DNA from: Sphaerodactylus townsendi
Lineage: Eukaryota
Assembly: GCF_021028975.2 (NCBI RefSeq)
Contig: NC_059427.1
Location: 70,308,001-70,372,000, forward strand
Direction of reading: 5' to 3'
DNA: 64,000 nt
The translations under genes were made by a program, and so were the position numbers. The notes under the pieces are model-generated. The model saw only the letters and a list, made by a program, of their open reading frames with translations, did no database searches and had not been told where the DNA came from. Positions 1 to 11,695 of this stretch are shown one piece after another (the first letter of the stretch is position 1; every line of letters starts with the position of its first letter).

Positions 1-515
1 AGTCTGGCATATCTTGTTTTTGAGAAACCCATGCTGATTTTCAGTGATCATGTTATTCCCTTCCAAGTGCTTACAGACTGTCTCCTTAATGATCTGCTCT
101 AGAATATTTCCTGGTATTGATGTCAGGCTGACTGGGTGGTAGTTGTTTGGGTCCTCTTTTTTCTCCTTTTTGAAGATGGGGACAACATTAGCTCTCCTCC
201 AGTCTGCTGGGACTTCTCCTGTTCTCTAGGATTATAGCAAGTTGTTCTGAGATTACTTCTGCCAGTTCTTTTAATACCCTGGGATGTAGTTCACCAGGCC
301 CTGGAGATTTGAATTAATTTAAAGTATTCAGGTGTTCCTGTACTAGCTCTATACTTATTCTGTGCTAAATTTCCCCTACTGTATCTTCTGATCCATTTTC
401 CCACAGTTGAGCACTGCTTTTCTTTTAGGAAAAAAAATAAGGCAAAGAAGGTGTTGAGTAGTTCTGCCTTTTCTCTGTCCCCGGTTAGAATGTCACTATC
501 TTCTCCATACAGTGA
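1..515 (-). mobile_element. CR1 LINE ORF2 fragment (degenerate)
   Basis: Minus strand reads ...[16 protein letters not shown]... then SPGPGELHP-like, ANVVPIFKKE-like and NYHPVSLTSIPGNILE-like segments typical of the CR1 pre-RT region; disrupted by stops and frameshifts. Confidence 0.88.
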
Positions 516-826
516 CCTTTTCAAAAGTTTTCAAAAGCTGGTTTTCCTGCATGGAGGCTGGGGGCGGGGCTCAGTGGCATGGTCCCACCTTCCCCACACC
601 CAGGGCATGACTCGGGGGCATGTACCCATCCCCGAGCCCCCATCCTCTGTGCAGGAAAGCCGGCTTTCGAAAGCTTTCAAAAGCCTGCTTTCCTGCACGG
701 AGAATGGGGGCAGGGCTTGGGGCTGTGCCCCCAAGCCACATCCCTGAGCACATGAGGGGTGGGTGGGGTGCAGGATTGGGGGGATGCCCAGAGAAAGAGT
801 TTTCTCTGGGCGCCATTTCCCCCTCA
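516..826. mobile_element. GC-rich DNA-transposon-like fragment containing a 74-bp palindrome
   Basis: 637-710 is a near-perfect palindrome centred on AAGCTT, and a third copy of the arm lies at ~530-566. No family assigned. Confidence 0.5.
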
Positions 827-829
827 TAC

Positions 830-990
830 GTTTTAACTGGTAAAAATGTGCTGCATTTTAACTGGTATTAATTTTTAGTATTTTATCCTGTTTATCCACT
901 TGCCTGTATTTATGTTGTAAACCGCCCTGAGCCCTTTGGGGGAAGGCGGTATAAAAGTGGAATGAATAAATAAATAAATAAATAAAAATA
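830..990 (+). mobile_element. L2-like LINE 3' terminus with (AAAT)n tail
   Basis: TTGTAAACCGCCCTGAGCCC...GGCGGTATAAAA followed by (TAAA)n; the same 3' end occurs on L2 copies at ~58280-58350 and ~28950-29005. Confidence 0.75.
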
Positions 991-1089
991 CATCTCTGCA
1001 GAGAGTACAGTCTGTGTTGCTGCTTCTGAGCAAGTCAAAGAATGAGTGTTTCAGATTAGATTAGATCCCCCCTCCCCAAATTAACACTC

Positions 1090-1250
1090 ATATCTGGATA
1101 GTCCAGGCAAGTTTAACCTTATCAGATCTCATACGTTAAGCAGGATCAGCCCTGTTTAGTACTTGGATGAGAGACACCAAGTGACAAGCCACCTCTGAAC
1201 ATCTCTTGCCTTGGAAACCCTATGGAGGGGAGCTATTAGTCAGCTATGAA
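1090..1250 (+). mobile_element. 5S rRNA-derived SINE (degenerate)
   Basis: AGATCTCATACGTTAAGCAGGATCAGCCCTGTTTAGTACTTGGATGAGAGAC resembles the 5S rRNA internal control region and is followed by a non-5S SINE body; not a functional 5S gene. Confidence 0.7.
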
Positions 1251-2620
1251 AAAAGGATACATAGCTCCTTTTCTGGAATTGTTACAGATGGCTATGACTC
1301 CACAATATATGTTTACTGTGTATTTGAAAATGCATGCCCTCTAGTCACACCTTCTCAGTTTCCCAGGGAGTTTCCTAGTTCAAACATGATAACAAAATAA
1401 TGCCATAAAATGTTAACTTCCACAAAGAGGCAAGGATGGGAGATTCCAGTGTAGACGATGGAAGGGCTCAGCTAGGTTATACCAGTGGCTCACGGAGGAC
1501 AATATTCCGTTTCTTGGGTTGGTCATTATAAAAAGGTAAGAAGTCAAAACATTTAGTTTATAATAAATGTCCCCAGTGGTAAATCACCATCTTTCCCAAA
1601 CCACAGGAACACGTTGTATAAACAGGGTGGCATCCATCTACACTCTGAACCCACACATAGTTTATCTCTTAAAATCCATGAATGAGGTTCTGTACAAATG
1701 CACAAGGCATTTTTAGAACTGTTGTTCGAGGTGACTCCTCAACATCAGATTCTATTCAAAGGGAATGCTATCACCATAAGAAAATCAATGTGAATCAAAG
1801 TTAATGGAACTCATTGAACTTAGCATTTTATTTTACTTAACTGAACAGAGGTATTTCCAGCTTCAGGAGTCTCCAGCATGTGGCAGCACTACAGACTGGG
1901 TCACCCATGCTGTGAGGGAGACAAAGGCCCATGCTGTGGAGTTGTCTCTTTCCCCATTTAGCTCATTTGTTGTTATTGGCTTGATCAAAGTACCAAGTGG
2001 GTTGCATTATAAAAGCAGAACTGCTGATTTGTTTGAGCTTTGCCTCCTACCCCTTGATGGGCTATTTATGGTGTAATTAAGCTAATTACAAGTAATGAGA
2101 GTCCCACTGGCCCTGAGCCAAGTTATTTTCCTATTTAACTAATTCATAGGTGGTAGGAAACCAAAGAAACCATTGGGATGAAATGACTTCACTGAGTGCG
2201 CTCAAGTGTTTTTTTGAATGCAAGCCACTTTTTATTCAAATGGAGGAGCACTTTGGTGTGTGATCATCCGACACTCAAGAAAATTCCGAACAAATCAAGT
2301 CAGAAGCTGGTTTTGAATCACAGCAGGAGCCAACTGCCTGTCATACATAAAAGAAAGTGGGAGCAACTCTTTACAGTGATTGCAAAGGTGTTTAGGATAA
2401 AAAGAAAAAGGTGTGTTTTGGACAAAAACTCACTTTGAAGAATAACTGCAAGGAAGGACAAATGAAACAAAAAAGCAAAGGCCATATCTCTTCCTTCAGT
2501 AAAGAGATACAAACACAACACAGTACAGAGCCATAAACCTGCAAATGGCCCAAAATGAAGCACATCACAATGCCCCAACATTATTCTTCAGTAGCTTTTT
2601 ACAGAAAAAGCAATCACAAT

Positions 2621-2882
2621 TGGTTCTGGTGGGTTTTCTGGCCTGTGTGGCCGTGTTCTGGTGGATCTTGTTCCCCACCCTGGGACATGGACAATATATA
2701 CCCCAAACATTTCCTTCTCTCTGGACACAGTGTGTAAGATTTCCCTCTGTGATATACCTCTGAAGATGCCAGCCACAGATGCAGGCGAAACATTAGGAAC
2801 AAGATCCATCAGACCACGGCTACACAGCCCAGAAAACCCACCAGAACCAGTTGAATCCGGCCATGAAAGCCTTCTACAATAC
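2621..2882 (+). mobile_element. Penelope-like element terminal fragment with inverted pseudo-LTR
   Basis: 2621-2674 is the imperfect reverse complement of ~2796-2849. A 12-bp direct repeat AGCAATCACAAT flanks it (2609-2620, 2883-2894). CCTCTGAAGATGCC...GGCGAAAC matches the squamate Penelope 3' motif as I recall it. Confidence 0.8.
2757..2797 (+). ncRNA. Minimal type I hammerhead ribozyme motif (probably degenerate)
   Basis: cct-CTGAAGA-t-gcc[13 nt]ggc-GAAA-C-ATT-agg: CUGANGA and GAAA cores, 3-bp stems I and II, vestigial stem III. Confidence 0.6.
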
Positions 2883-4588
2883 AGCAATCACAATATTTCT
2901 AAGGAATACTCATAAAACATAGCCATAAAAACTATTCATGATATTTTACATTTGTTCCTTGCATAGCTGCAGTTAATAAAGTGGAGAGGAAAGAATTCTG
3001 TCCATTGCTGAATTTCTCTGCACAGATTAGTTTAAATGGGATTCCTGCACCCGACAAAATTCCTGACTGCAAATTCCATATGTTTGGCCTGGTGGTTTTG
3101 TTTGTCTTTTGACAAGAAAAACCAATTTGTACATCATGAGGATGAACAGATTACCTACTGTATAAACCTACATCCTAGGACTGAGTGCTTGCATGCCCAC
3201 TGTCTGATTTTCCATGATTTGTAGCACAAAACATCATGCCCCACACTTTACAACCTGTCTGAATTAGTGCAGCGCTTTTCAGCACCTTCATGTGAAAACG
3301 TCAGGTCTCATTAATCAGACACTAATCTTCCCACAATGTTCCTGGATTAATGTTTGAATAAATTTCTTTCTTGGTGGCTATTGTTGCACCCTCCCTGCCT
3401 CATTATCCGTGCCTGTTTCCTTTTAAAAATAAGACTAATATATGTGCATATTTATTCATCTGCCTCAGTAATTTCATCAGTCATTTTAGTTGATTTTGTT
3501 GGGGCTAAAGAATAGGGGGTAGTTGTTTTGAGCATTGTATAATCCCCCCTACTTCACGATCTCCAGGAGACATTACAAGTTTCCCATCGCTTTTTGCACA
3601 CCACATGAAAGTTTGCAAGCATGAGGTAGCACAAATGTGTGCATTAATTTTAAAAAATGCCCACGCCTACACTCCCAAGAGAAGAAAAGTGTATATATGC
3701 TGCTAACATGCAATCAATCACACAGGCCAAGTCAAGAGGAGATAACCAAATAAAAATGCAAACAACAGCAACAGAACAACTTGAGCCTGGGCATTCTCAC
3801 ATAAGATCATCGAGTTTAAGTAGATGCCAAGGTGCAGTTCAGAGTTTCCGCAAGCCTGTACATTCTGAATCCTATTTATTGTACAACCCTGTTCCGATTG
3901 TGTATTCGTGGCTAACTTCATATTCATTCTGTTCTCCTCCTCAGCCTCCTCAGCCCATTTTTCTGTTGTTTTCCCAGACTGGCTTTCTGGGAGAGCTTCC
4001 ATCAGAACACAAACTAAAGTACAACTGCTTGGTTATAGATTCAAAAGCTGCATGTTATGTTGAGAATGCAAAATACCAAGGAAAGGAAGGCAGTACTGTG
4101 TATAAAACAAGTGCTAATGAAACATTACATAGTTACAGTTATATGTGAGAGACATCTTAAACATTTATTTTATTTAAATAAAATTTAAATAAAATTCAAT
4201 AAAACAATATACCCAAATGAGGACATGGAAATGTCTGCCCCAAAGCAGCACAGCCCCAAAGCAGCACAGCCCCAGAGCACCAGAGCCATCAAGCAGAGGG
4301 GGGAGAGCCACACATCTCAGAGCTGTGGAGTCAACCTCATCTGACTAGGGCATGACACTCCAACTCCCTCATGCCAAATGGCTTTCCCCATCACCCCTGA
4401 CAGGCAGGGAATCTGTGTTCACTTTCCCAATTCACCCCACTCCCTCTGAGGAGCAGCAAGCCACAGAAATGCTAACCCTTGCAAAGAGGAAGAAGAAGAG
4501 CTGGGGAAAAGACAAGTGATCTCAGAGTATAAACCAAGCTGAAAGAGAAAAAGAGAAGAGGATCACTGGACTCAGAAGCCCCTGAGCC

Positions 4589-4659
<71 letters not shown>
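4589..4659. repeat. (ATC)n microsatellite
   Basis: Roughly 23 perfect CAT units. Confidence 0.98.
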
Positions 4660-4942
4660 AGGTTACTTTCACCTGGCAAGAAAGAAGGGGTGATTGACCC
4701 TGACTGGGGACTCTGCATGTATGCGAGTTGGGTGCAGTGTGGAGTCTCTCAGGACAGGAGGACAAGGAACAGCACAGAGGAAAGTGCAAAGCAGCCAGCA
4801 TCAGACAGCCCTCAATCAACAGGCAGTGGTGTCTCAGGGCAACCACGCCACAACAAGAGATATGGATTTCTTGGTGCTCCTTCACAGCATTGGCAGAACA
4901 TCATGTGTTCAGAGGTAAAGGAATGTGGACTCTGTAACAGAA

Positions 4943-6444
4943 TTGTTGAGGCAGGTGACACAGGCAATTTTCAGAAGGCAGAGGCTGCACAAAGATGCTG
5001 TTGGGGGGAGCATGGTGTTGCTGGGGTCCTCCTCCTGCAGAGTGAGGAAGTGAGGGAGAGGAGGGTTTTGGCAATAGGAAATGAGACCAGGCTGGCCTCC
5101 TCAGACTGGGGGCTGCAAGGGGGGCTGCGGGAGGGGCTCTTTTTCAATTGGGACCATTGGACTATTCCTTTAGTTGAAGCTGCTGATGGCATAGGCTGAG
5201 GGGCTAGATTGGGCCAGTTCGGTCACATCCGAGATGACAGGGTCTGAATTGGCAAATGAGTCAGGGCAGTACAGGCTTGGACCACCCTAAGCTGGGGAGG
5301 AGGTGGAGTAAGGGGATGGGCTGTGAACATGCTCCAGTGAGTACTGGAGACTATACTGAGCATGGAATGTGCTGAACTGCTGTTTTTCAGAAACATCAAG
5401 GAGAACTTCCTCTTTTGCAAGTCCTCTACAATTGGACTGCACCAACGAAATAAAAAACTGAATAAGCTTTATTGGCCACTTTCTGCTGCTGGCAGGGGCA
5501 GAGCAAGGGAAAGCTAACCCTAACCCAGAACGCCCTCGACACACCCCCGCCACGCCGGCATGTGCCTGGTGGGTTGCACACAATCCTGCCCCCTTGGTGC
5601 TGCACCACTGACTGCAGGGCACGCTTTTGACACAAACTGGCCATTTCTTGCCACAGGCAGAGGCATAGCTAGGCCATACTGTGACTGGTGCGCACTCTGT
5701 ATTCCCCCCCAGTGCGGCACCCCCCCCCCACACACACTTACCTCAGTTCAGTCTGAAAGTGCAGGCTGGGAAAAGTGGCCTGTTCACTTGAGGCTGAAAA
5801 CAGTCTGGTGGGGTCTACACTTCCCAGGCGATTGTGGGGCTCACAAGGTCTCCTGGGAAGTGTAGTTTCCCGCAAGGCTGTTTTCAGCCTCAAGTGAACG
5901 GGCTGCTTTTCTAGCCTGCATTTTGAGGCTGAACTAAGATAAGTGGGGGGGGGGGGAGCCACAGGGAGGTGGGGCAATTTTCCACTTCCTCCAGACATGC
6001 GCTAGGAACAATGTACACCCCCTACCCTCTGGTAGCTCCGCTTCTGGCTACCGGACCTTGTTCTCACGCTTCATGGCTACCAGTCTGCAGTCCTTGCTCT
6101 CCTATTTGCCTTTTATCAACTGGACACCAGTTAAAAACTTGGTTATGCTGCCTTGGTGAACTTTAATATCCTCGTTCTTTATGCTGGATACATTTGCTAC
6201 TTTCCTCTTGATGTTTCCCAGAAGATCCTCCTGGCCACGGATGAATTAGTGATGCTGGAATTCAGTGTCATCTTTTTTCTGGCTTTACCAGACCACCCTG
6301 TTTGATGTGGATTATCTTTTGGAAGCCATACATGTTGAGTTGCTGAACAAAGCTGGCCATGTTGTTATGCTTGAAGTGCTTGGGAACCATCTCCTTGTCA
6401 AACTGGACCTGGTAGAAGACATGGAAGCTGCTCCCATTTGGGCT
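4943..6444 (-). pseudogene. HSF1: Processed, 5'-truncated heat shock factor 1 pseudogene, interrupted by an insertion at 5493-6046
   Basis: Minus strand gives [81 protein letters not shown] (DBD, HR-A/B). After the insertion it continues [58 protein letters not shown]. No introns across several HSF1 exons; several stops and frameshifts. Confidence 0.93.
5493..6046. mobile_element. hAT-like non-autonomous DNA transposon inside the HSF1 retrocopy
   Basis: Termini CAGGGGCAGAGC... and ...GCTCCGCTTCTG form imperfect TIRs. Flanked by 8-bp GCTGCTGG / GCTACCGG (6/8 identical TSD). It splits the HSF1 homology. Confidence 0.75.
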
Positions 6445-8351
6445 GGGTGGTGCAAAGTGATTTTGCAATTCAGTGGACAATCTGCATGCCCCTCCCCCAT
6501 ATTTGTGCTTGTTGGTTTATTTCTATGAGGAGAAGTCCTGGTTCAGTTATTATTACTGGTTCTAGTTGTTACTTAGAACTGCTGTCTGTGTGAGTTTTCT
6601 TGTCCGGAAACCTGCTTCATCTATTCCTGTACCTTCTTGTTAATAAATGAATGTTACTTATTTTATTTTATTGATACTCTGCCCTTTCCCAACCAGGTCA
6701 GGCTCAGGGTGGTTTCCCTGCTGTGTGAACCTAAGAGCAGAATCCTGAGTAAATGTCCTATTCCCGACTTGAAAGCAAAAGGGAACATCACCAGCTGGAC
6801 AGAAACATGGGTGTGTGAAAGCAGAACAGAGGCAGAAATACTAGGCTTTGATCTAGGACCATGTGGTCTCATGCAAGCACAACTAGCCTTCCATGGCCAG
6901 TTTCAAGCAGCCCCTTTCCTGGCAACCTATTTTCTAAGTGTCTGGAGAAAAAAAGGAAGGAAGCCATGTTGCAGAGCACACAGTAAGCTAAAGGGATGCT
7001 ATTTCTTGAAAGGAACTTGGACCCCATATTCAAATCTATTTGTTGAAGCCTTCCTCTTTCCATTCAGAGCCCTTCAGGAAGGAACTCCTTGCTGTGACAC
7101 ACCATTATTTTGCCTAAGGAAAACAAACTCTCCATGGCTAATTGCCTTCAATAAATCACCCAGACATTCCTAGTATTTTCCACCAGCTTCTTCTCCTACA
7201 AAATTTCCTTTAGACCCTTGAAAGGAAGAAAAGGAAGAGGACTTTCAGATAAACATATCATACACTCTTATCCCACAAGGACAGCTTTGGATCTTAGATG
7301 CACTGAGTTTTGTTTTGTTTTGTTTTGGCATGTTCCTAGCTCTGAGGCAGAGTCTTCCAGATCTGACAAAATGCCAGAATGGCTGGGTATCCCCAACATG
7401 GCAACAGACCAATCACAAAGGAAGGGGGGGGGGCCTTGATCTTGGCATTCCTTCTTCTGTGCTTCAGAAGGCCAAAATACTGCAGTTAACTATTTTATAT
7501 GAACTATATTTTTAATCCTATCCTTCCTCCAAGGAGCTGAGGACAACATGAATAGTTCCCACATGCTTCAGGAGCACTCAGTGGCACAACAGGGGGAAAT
7601 GGAGGAGCAGAGGCATTGTGGATTGCAATAGCATGTGACAACATCATGTCACTTCAATGTTTTCCGTGGGAAAGGAATAGTGGTGTCACACAATGCACTT
7701 GATGCCTGTCTCTACACCTCCCCCACTTAAATCCTTCTGCAGTTGCTAGTCAGTGGGTTGAACACCCTACTTCACAACAACCCTGTTAGGTAAGTTACAC
7801 TGAAAGGGAGAGTGACTGAACCACCAAGTGAACTTTATAGCTGTTCAGGAATTTTCACCCAGCTTTCCAAGACTCTTATCCATTGTGCTCCACCCCAACA
7901 AATTTATTTTGGTTGTAGAAGTCAGTCACAAAATTAAGGAGCCAGAGTCATTTTTCAGCCTTCAGGGTTTGAATTTTAATGACCAACTTTGATAATTCAT
8001 GGTACCACAAAACCCAATCCTAACCACTCTGTAGTTTCTGATAATAGTATTAAAGTTATAAAAGTGTTGCAATGTATGAACAAGTATAGGAGTACCCTAG
8101 CTGTTATAAGCACAACAGAAAGCTCTAATCATAGCTAAATTCTCCCCAGTTTTCATAGTTCTATGGTTGCTTTTAAAATCTCCATTTAATTGAATACTGG
8201 AGTTTTTCACTGAACCTCAGCTAGTCATTATCATTACAGCCTCTGCTTCACATAGCTTTTGTCCCTGCAAGCCCTGTGATCCCAAGCAGAGGCTTGTTTA
8301 CCAGTGGAAAAATTGGTTGGATCTAACCCTTTCTACTTTCACTGAGTACTG

Positions 8352-8640
8352 AAAAAGAAGAGTTTGGATTTATAGCCCCCTTTCAGCCCTGCAAATGGAC
8401 TCAAAGGGGCTTACCAAACTCCTTTCCCTTCCTCTCCCCACAACAGACACCTTGTGAGGTAGGTGGGGCTGAGAGAGTTCCAAAGAACTGTGACTACTTC
8501 ACAATCACCCAACAGGAATGTAAGTGTAGGGAAACAAATCCAGTTCACCAGATAAGAGTTCGTCACTCATGTGGAGGAGTGGGGAATCAAACCTGGTTCT
8601 CGAGATTAGAGTCCACCTACTCTCAACCACTACACAATGC
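8352..8640 (-). mobile_element. tRNA-derived squamate SINE (Squam3-like)
   Basis: Reverse complement has a tRNA-like head (GTGTAGTGGTTGAGAG...GGTTTGATTCCCC), the body CTCTCAGCCCCACCTACCTCACAAGG and a (TCT)n tail. Confidence 0.85.
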
Positions 8641-8980
8641 TGTCCATTGCTGAGAGACACTACAATGAAATCATTGCTGATGCCACAATGAAATGTCTTA
8701 GTCATCACCTGGTATTTGGGATTGGTCAAGCCTGGCATTATACCATATTGGCTCTCTAGCTTTTAGAATACTATCATTCTGCCAATACCTATTCAATGTT
8801 CAGTATTAGTAGCCCAAGATCTTAGCTAGTAGAAAACATACTGGTAGCTTTAGGGCAGTGACCCCCCCCCCATGGTGCCCACGTGCATCATGACATCTGC
8901 TGGTGTGTTTCCTCGTGGCCATCTGCTTCTCCCTCTTCCACAAAAACAAAGAGCCAGTCTGGCTGAAATTAATTTTAATT

Positions 8981-9355
8981 TTGGAGCAGCAGTGGCGTAG
9001 GAGGTTAAGAACTTGTGTATCTAATCTGGAGGAACCGGATTTGATTCCCAGCTCTGCCGCCTGAGCTGTGGAGGCTTATCTGGGGAATTCAGATTAGCCT
9101 GTGCACTCCCACACATGCCAGCTGGGTGTCCTTGGGCTAGTCACAGCTTCTCGGAGCTCTCTCAGCCCCACCTACCTCACAGGGTGTTTGTTGTGAGGGG
9201 GGAAGGGCAAGGAGATTGTAAGCCCCTTTGAGTCTCCTGCAGGAGAGAAAGGGGGAATATAGATCCAAACTCCTCCGCCTCTTCCTCCTCTTCTTCCTCC
9301 TCCTCCTCCTCCTCCTCCTCCTCTTCTTCTTCTTCTTCTTCTTCCTCCTCCTCCT
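8981..9355 (+). mobile_element. tRNA-derived squamate SINE (Squam3-like) with expanded (TCC/TTC)n tail
   Basis: Head GTGGCGTAGGAGGTTAAG...GATTTGATTCCCAGC, the same body as 8352-8640, and a tail microsatellite at ~9270-9355 that produces the poly-E/poly-R pseudo-ORFs. Confidence 0.88.
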
Positions 9356-11695
9356 GCCACAGACCCACAGGAACATGCCTGATGGAGATGCTTCAGAACC
9401 TTTCCTTGAAGTGAACTGAAAGTCCTCTCTGTGTTTCCACAAGCCAATGGTCTATCTGAGGAATCATGGCAAGAGCAGGGTCAGTAGAAAGACATCTTTG
9501 CCCATTTATATGATACTAAATGTGATGATTCTCTGGTGATAAACATATTGTTCTTTTTAAGACACAGGAGAATTTTTTTTAAAAAAAATGATGTTGTTTG
9601 CGCCATGACTCAGATGTGACATCAGATAATTCTGGGAATAGTAAAATCATAAGAATTTCCAGCGATTCCTAGAGCTACACAACCGTACTTCTGGATTCCT
9701 TAGACGAGACAACAAGCCCCACCCCCACCCCCAGCTCCTACCAGTTTCCAAGCATAGCCTGAAACTCTTAATTCTTGGTTGTGTGTGCTGGCAGATCCTA
9801 GGAATCTTCCTTGTTTTTATTGTCTTCTGGAGAATCCATACTACAATGTACTATGTTAAACAGTATCCTGTATTGTGTTTTAGAAGCACTATAATTTTCC
9901 AATGCCAAGAAAGAGGGTGTGACAGGTGGACAGTGAAAACTATCTTTTTGACACAGGAGATAGTGATGCTGTGAACCAGCCTGTAGGTGATGCTGTGAAC
10001 TACCCTGTAGGTTCCCCTCTGTGCTGGGAGACTGGGTTGGGTTCTGACAACTGAAAGTTGGGAAAAGAAGAGCACATTTGTTAAAGGGTGGACAAGGTTC
10101 CCAGGCTTCCAGTGGCGGCAGCTTCCATTTTCTGCCAGTGGAATATTTTTTTTCATTGCCACTGGCAAAAAGGCATTACATCACTTCCAGGAGAAACTGG
10201 CAAATGACTTCAGTCTGCTCCAGGAATCTATGGAAACTTGACTTTCTGGTGGTTCCTAGAGCAGACTGCTGTCACTTCTGGGTTTTCCTTGGGTTTGTCA
10301 TAATGTTTTGTACCAATGTACCCCCCCCCCTTCCCCTGCTTATTCAGACTCCTGCTAATTGTCAATGACTTCAACCCTAAGGAGAATCAATCATGGACAG
10401 CATAGGGCATTTATGGCACTGTTTATAGTACGCATTTCTGTCTGGTCTACACTGGTATCATTTCTACAGTCCAGGTTTTGAATTTTGATAGAATTTAATA
10501 GGTTTTATGAATCTTAAACAAGTTTCATTGTTATATTGTTATAGACTGCAAGTGTTTTTAGGTTTATCAATATTTTATGACTTTTATCTTATGTTTGACC
10601 CTGCCCTGAAACCTTCGGGTATGGGGTGGGCTAAAAATGCATATAAATAAATACATTTCATTATGACACATCTTACAATGTTTTTATTACACTGTTTTTC
10701 CAGTCTCCTTATGGTATTTATTATATTTCTTATACTCTCCTATTACATTGTTAAAATTTTAATCCACTTCGAGTTGCATCAAGAAAGGTGGACTATGAAT
10801 AAAGTAAATAAACAAACAAATCAACTGTCCTGGAAATGAAGTATGAGAATTACTTAATTATTGTCTGGTTGCTATGGATTAATTGTAACACTTTGACCAG
10901 GGTAAGAAAAGTGTTGTTTTCTTGGGCATGCACAGTTCAACAAACTGACATGTTATCAGTGAAGATTTACCTCAGTTTGTGTTTCTTCTTTTAAATAAAC
11001 GCTGTACTTGATCCTCTGAAAAGTAAACCATCTAATCCCTGTTAGTACCTAATTCCTTAATTTTCGTTGTAGACATGGTGGGGGTCTATACTCAGGCCTA
11101 GATTGTATCATCTTGAACATTTATTCCCCCTGGAAATTTCCCTTGAAAGTGGGAGAAGTCAGGAATTGTGAAAGAAAATCCTTTTGGGAGGGTGTCCCCA
11201 CCCAGGGAGTCATCACTGATAAATCTGATGGAGTCAAGAGGAGCCTGAGTAATCAAGATAAATGGACTTTGTTTCTTTCTAATAAGGACAAAGTGGATGG
11301 TATAGCAAGTCCAATCAGCATAGCATCTTTCCCTTTCATCCTGTTCAGTTACTTCAGCTACTACATGGTTTACAAGGGAAAATCTGACCTTGGTGTTTTC
11401 TACACAAGGACAAGCGGGTGTAATTTCCTCACTGCTGCTGGGGCTGCCAACAGAGTGAAGTGATCACTAGGTTTCCATGTGGCAGATTTCCCCAATTTCT
11501 CTGCCTTGGCCCTTTGGTAGTGATCATCCCCTCGTGCTAAGAGTTTATTCAATTTTTTAAAAACTGTGCAGTTGAATGTTGTTATGTCAATATAATGTTT
11601 TAACAATATGCACAACAGGTTCTCTGAATGCCCAGCTGTAGTTTAAAACAGCATATATAGACTCTTCTGTTGTGGCTATATGCCTTTCCTCATAT

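Noticed and set aside
1090-1180. 5S rRNA gene
   Set aside because: Diverged, incomplete and fused to a SINE body.
4472-4885. ORF with a poly-Met tract
   Set aside because: Produced by the (ATC)n microsatellite.
5515-5526. Telomeric TAACCC units
   Set aside because: Only two units, inside a transposon.
6268-6480. Functional HSF gene exon
   Set aside because: Lacks introns and has a frameshift after VKPEK, in-frame stops and a transposon insertion, so it is a pseudogene.
9137-9447. Poly-R/K, poly-E and poly-G ORFs
   Set aside because: Translations of a SINE tail microsatellite.
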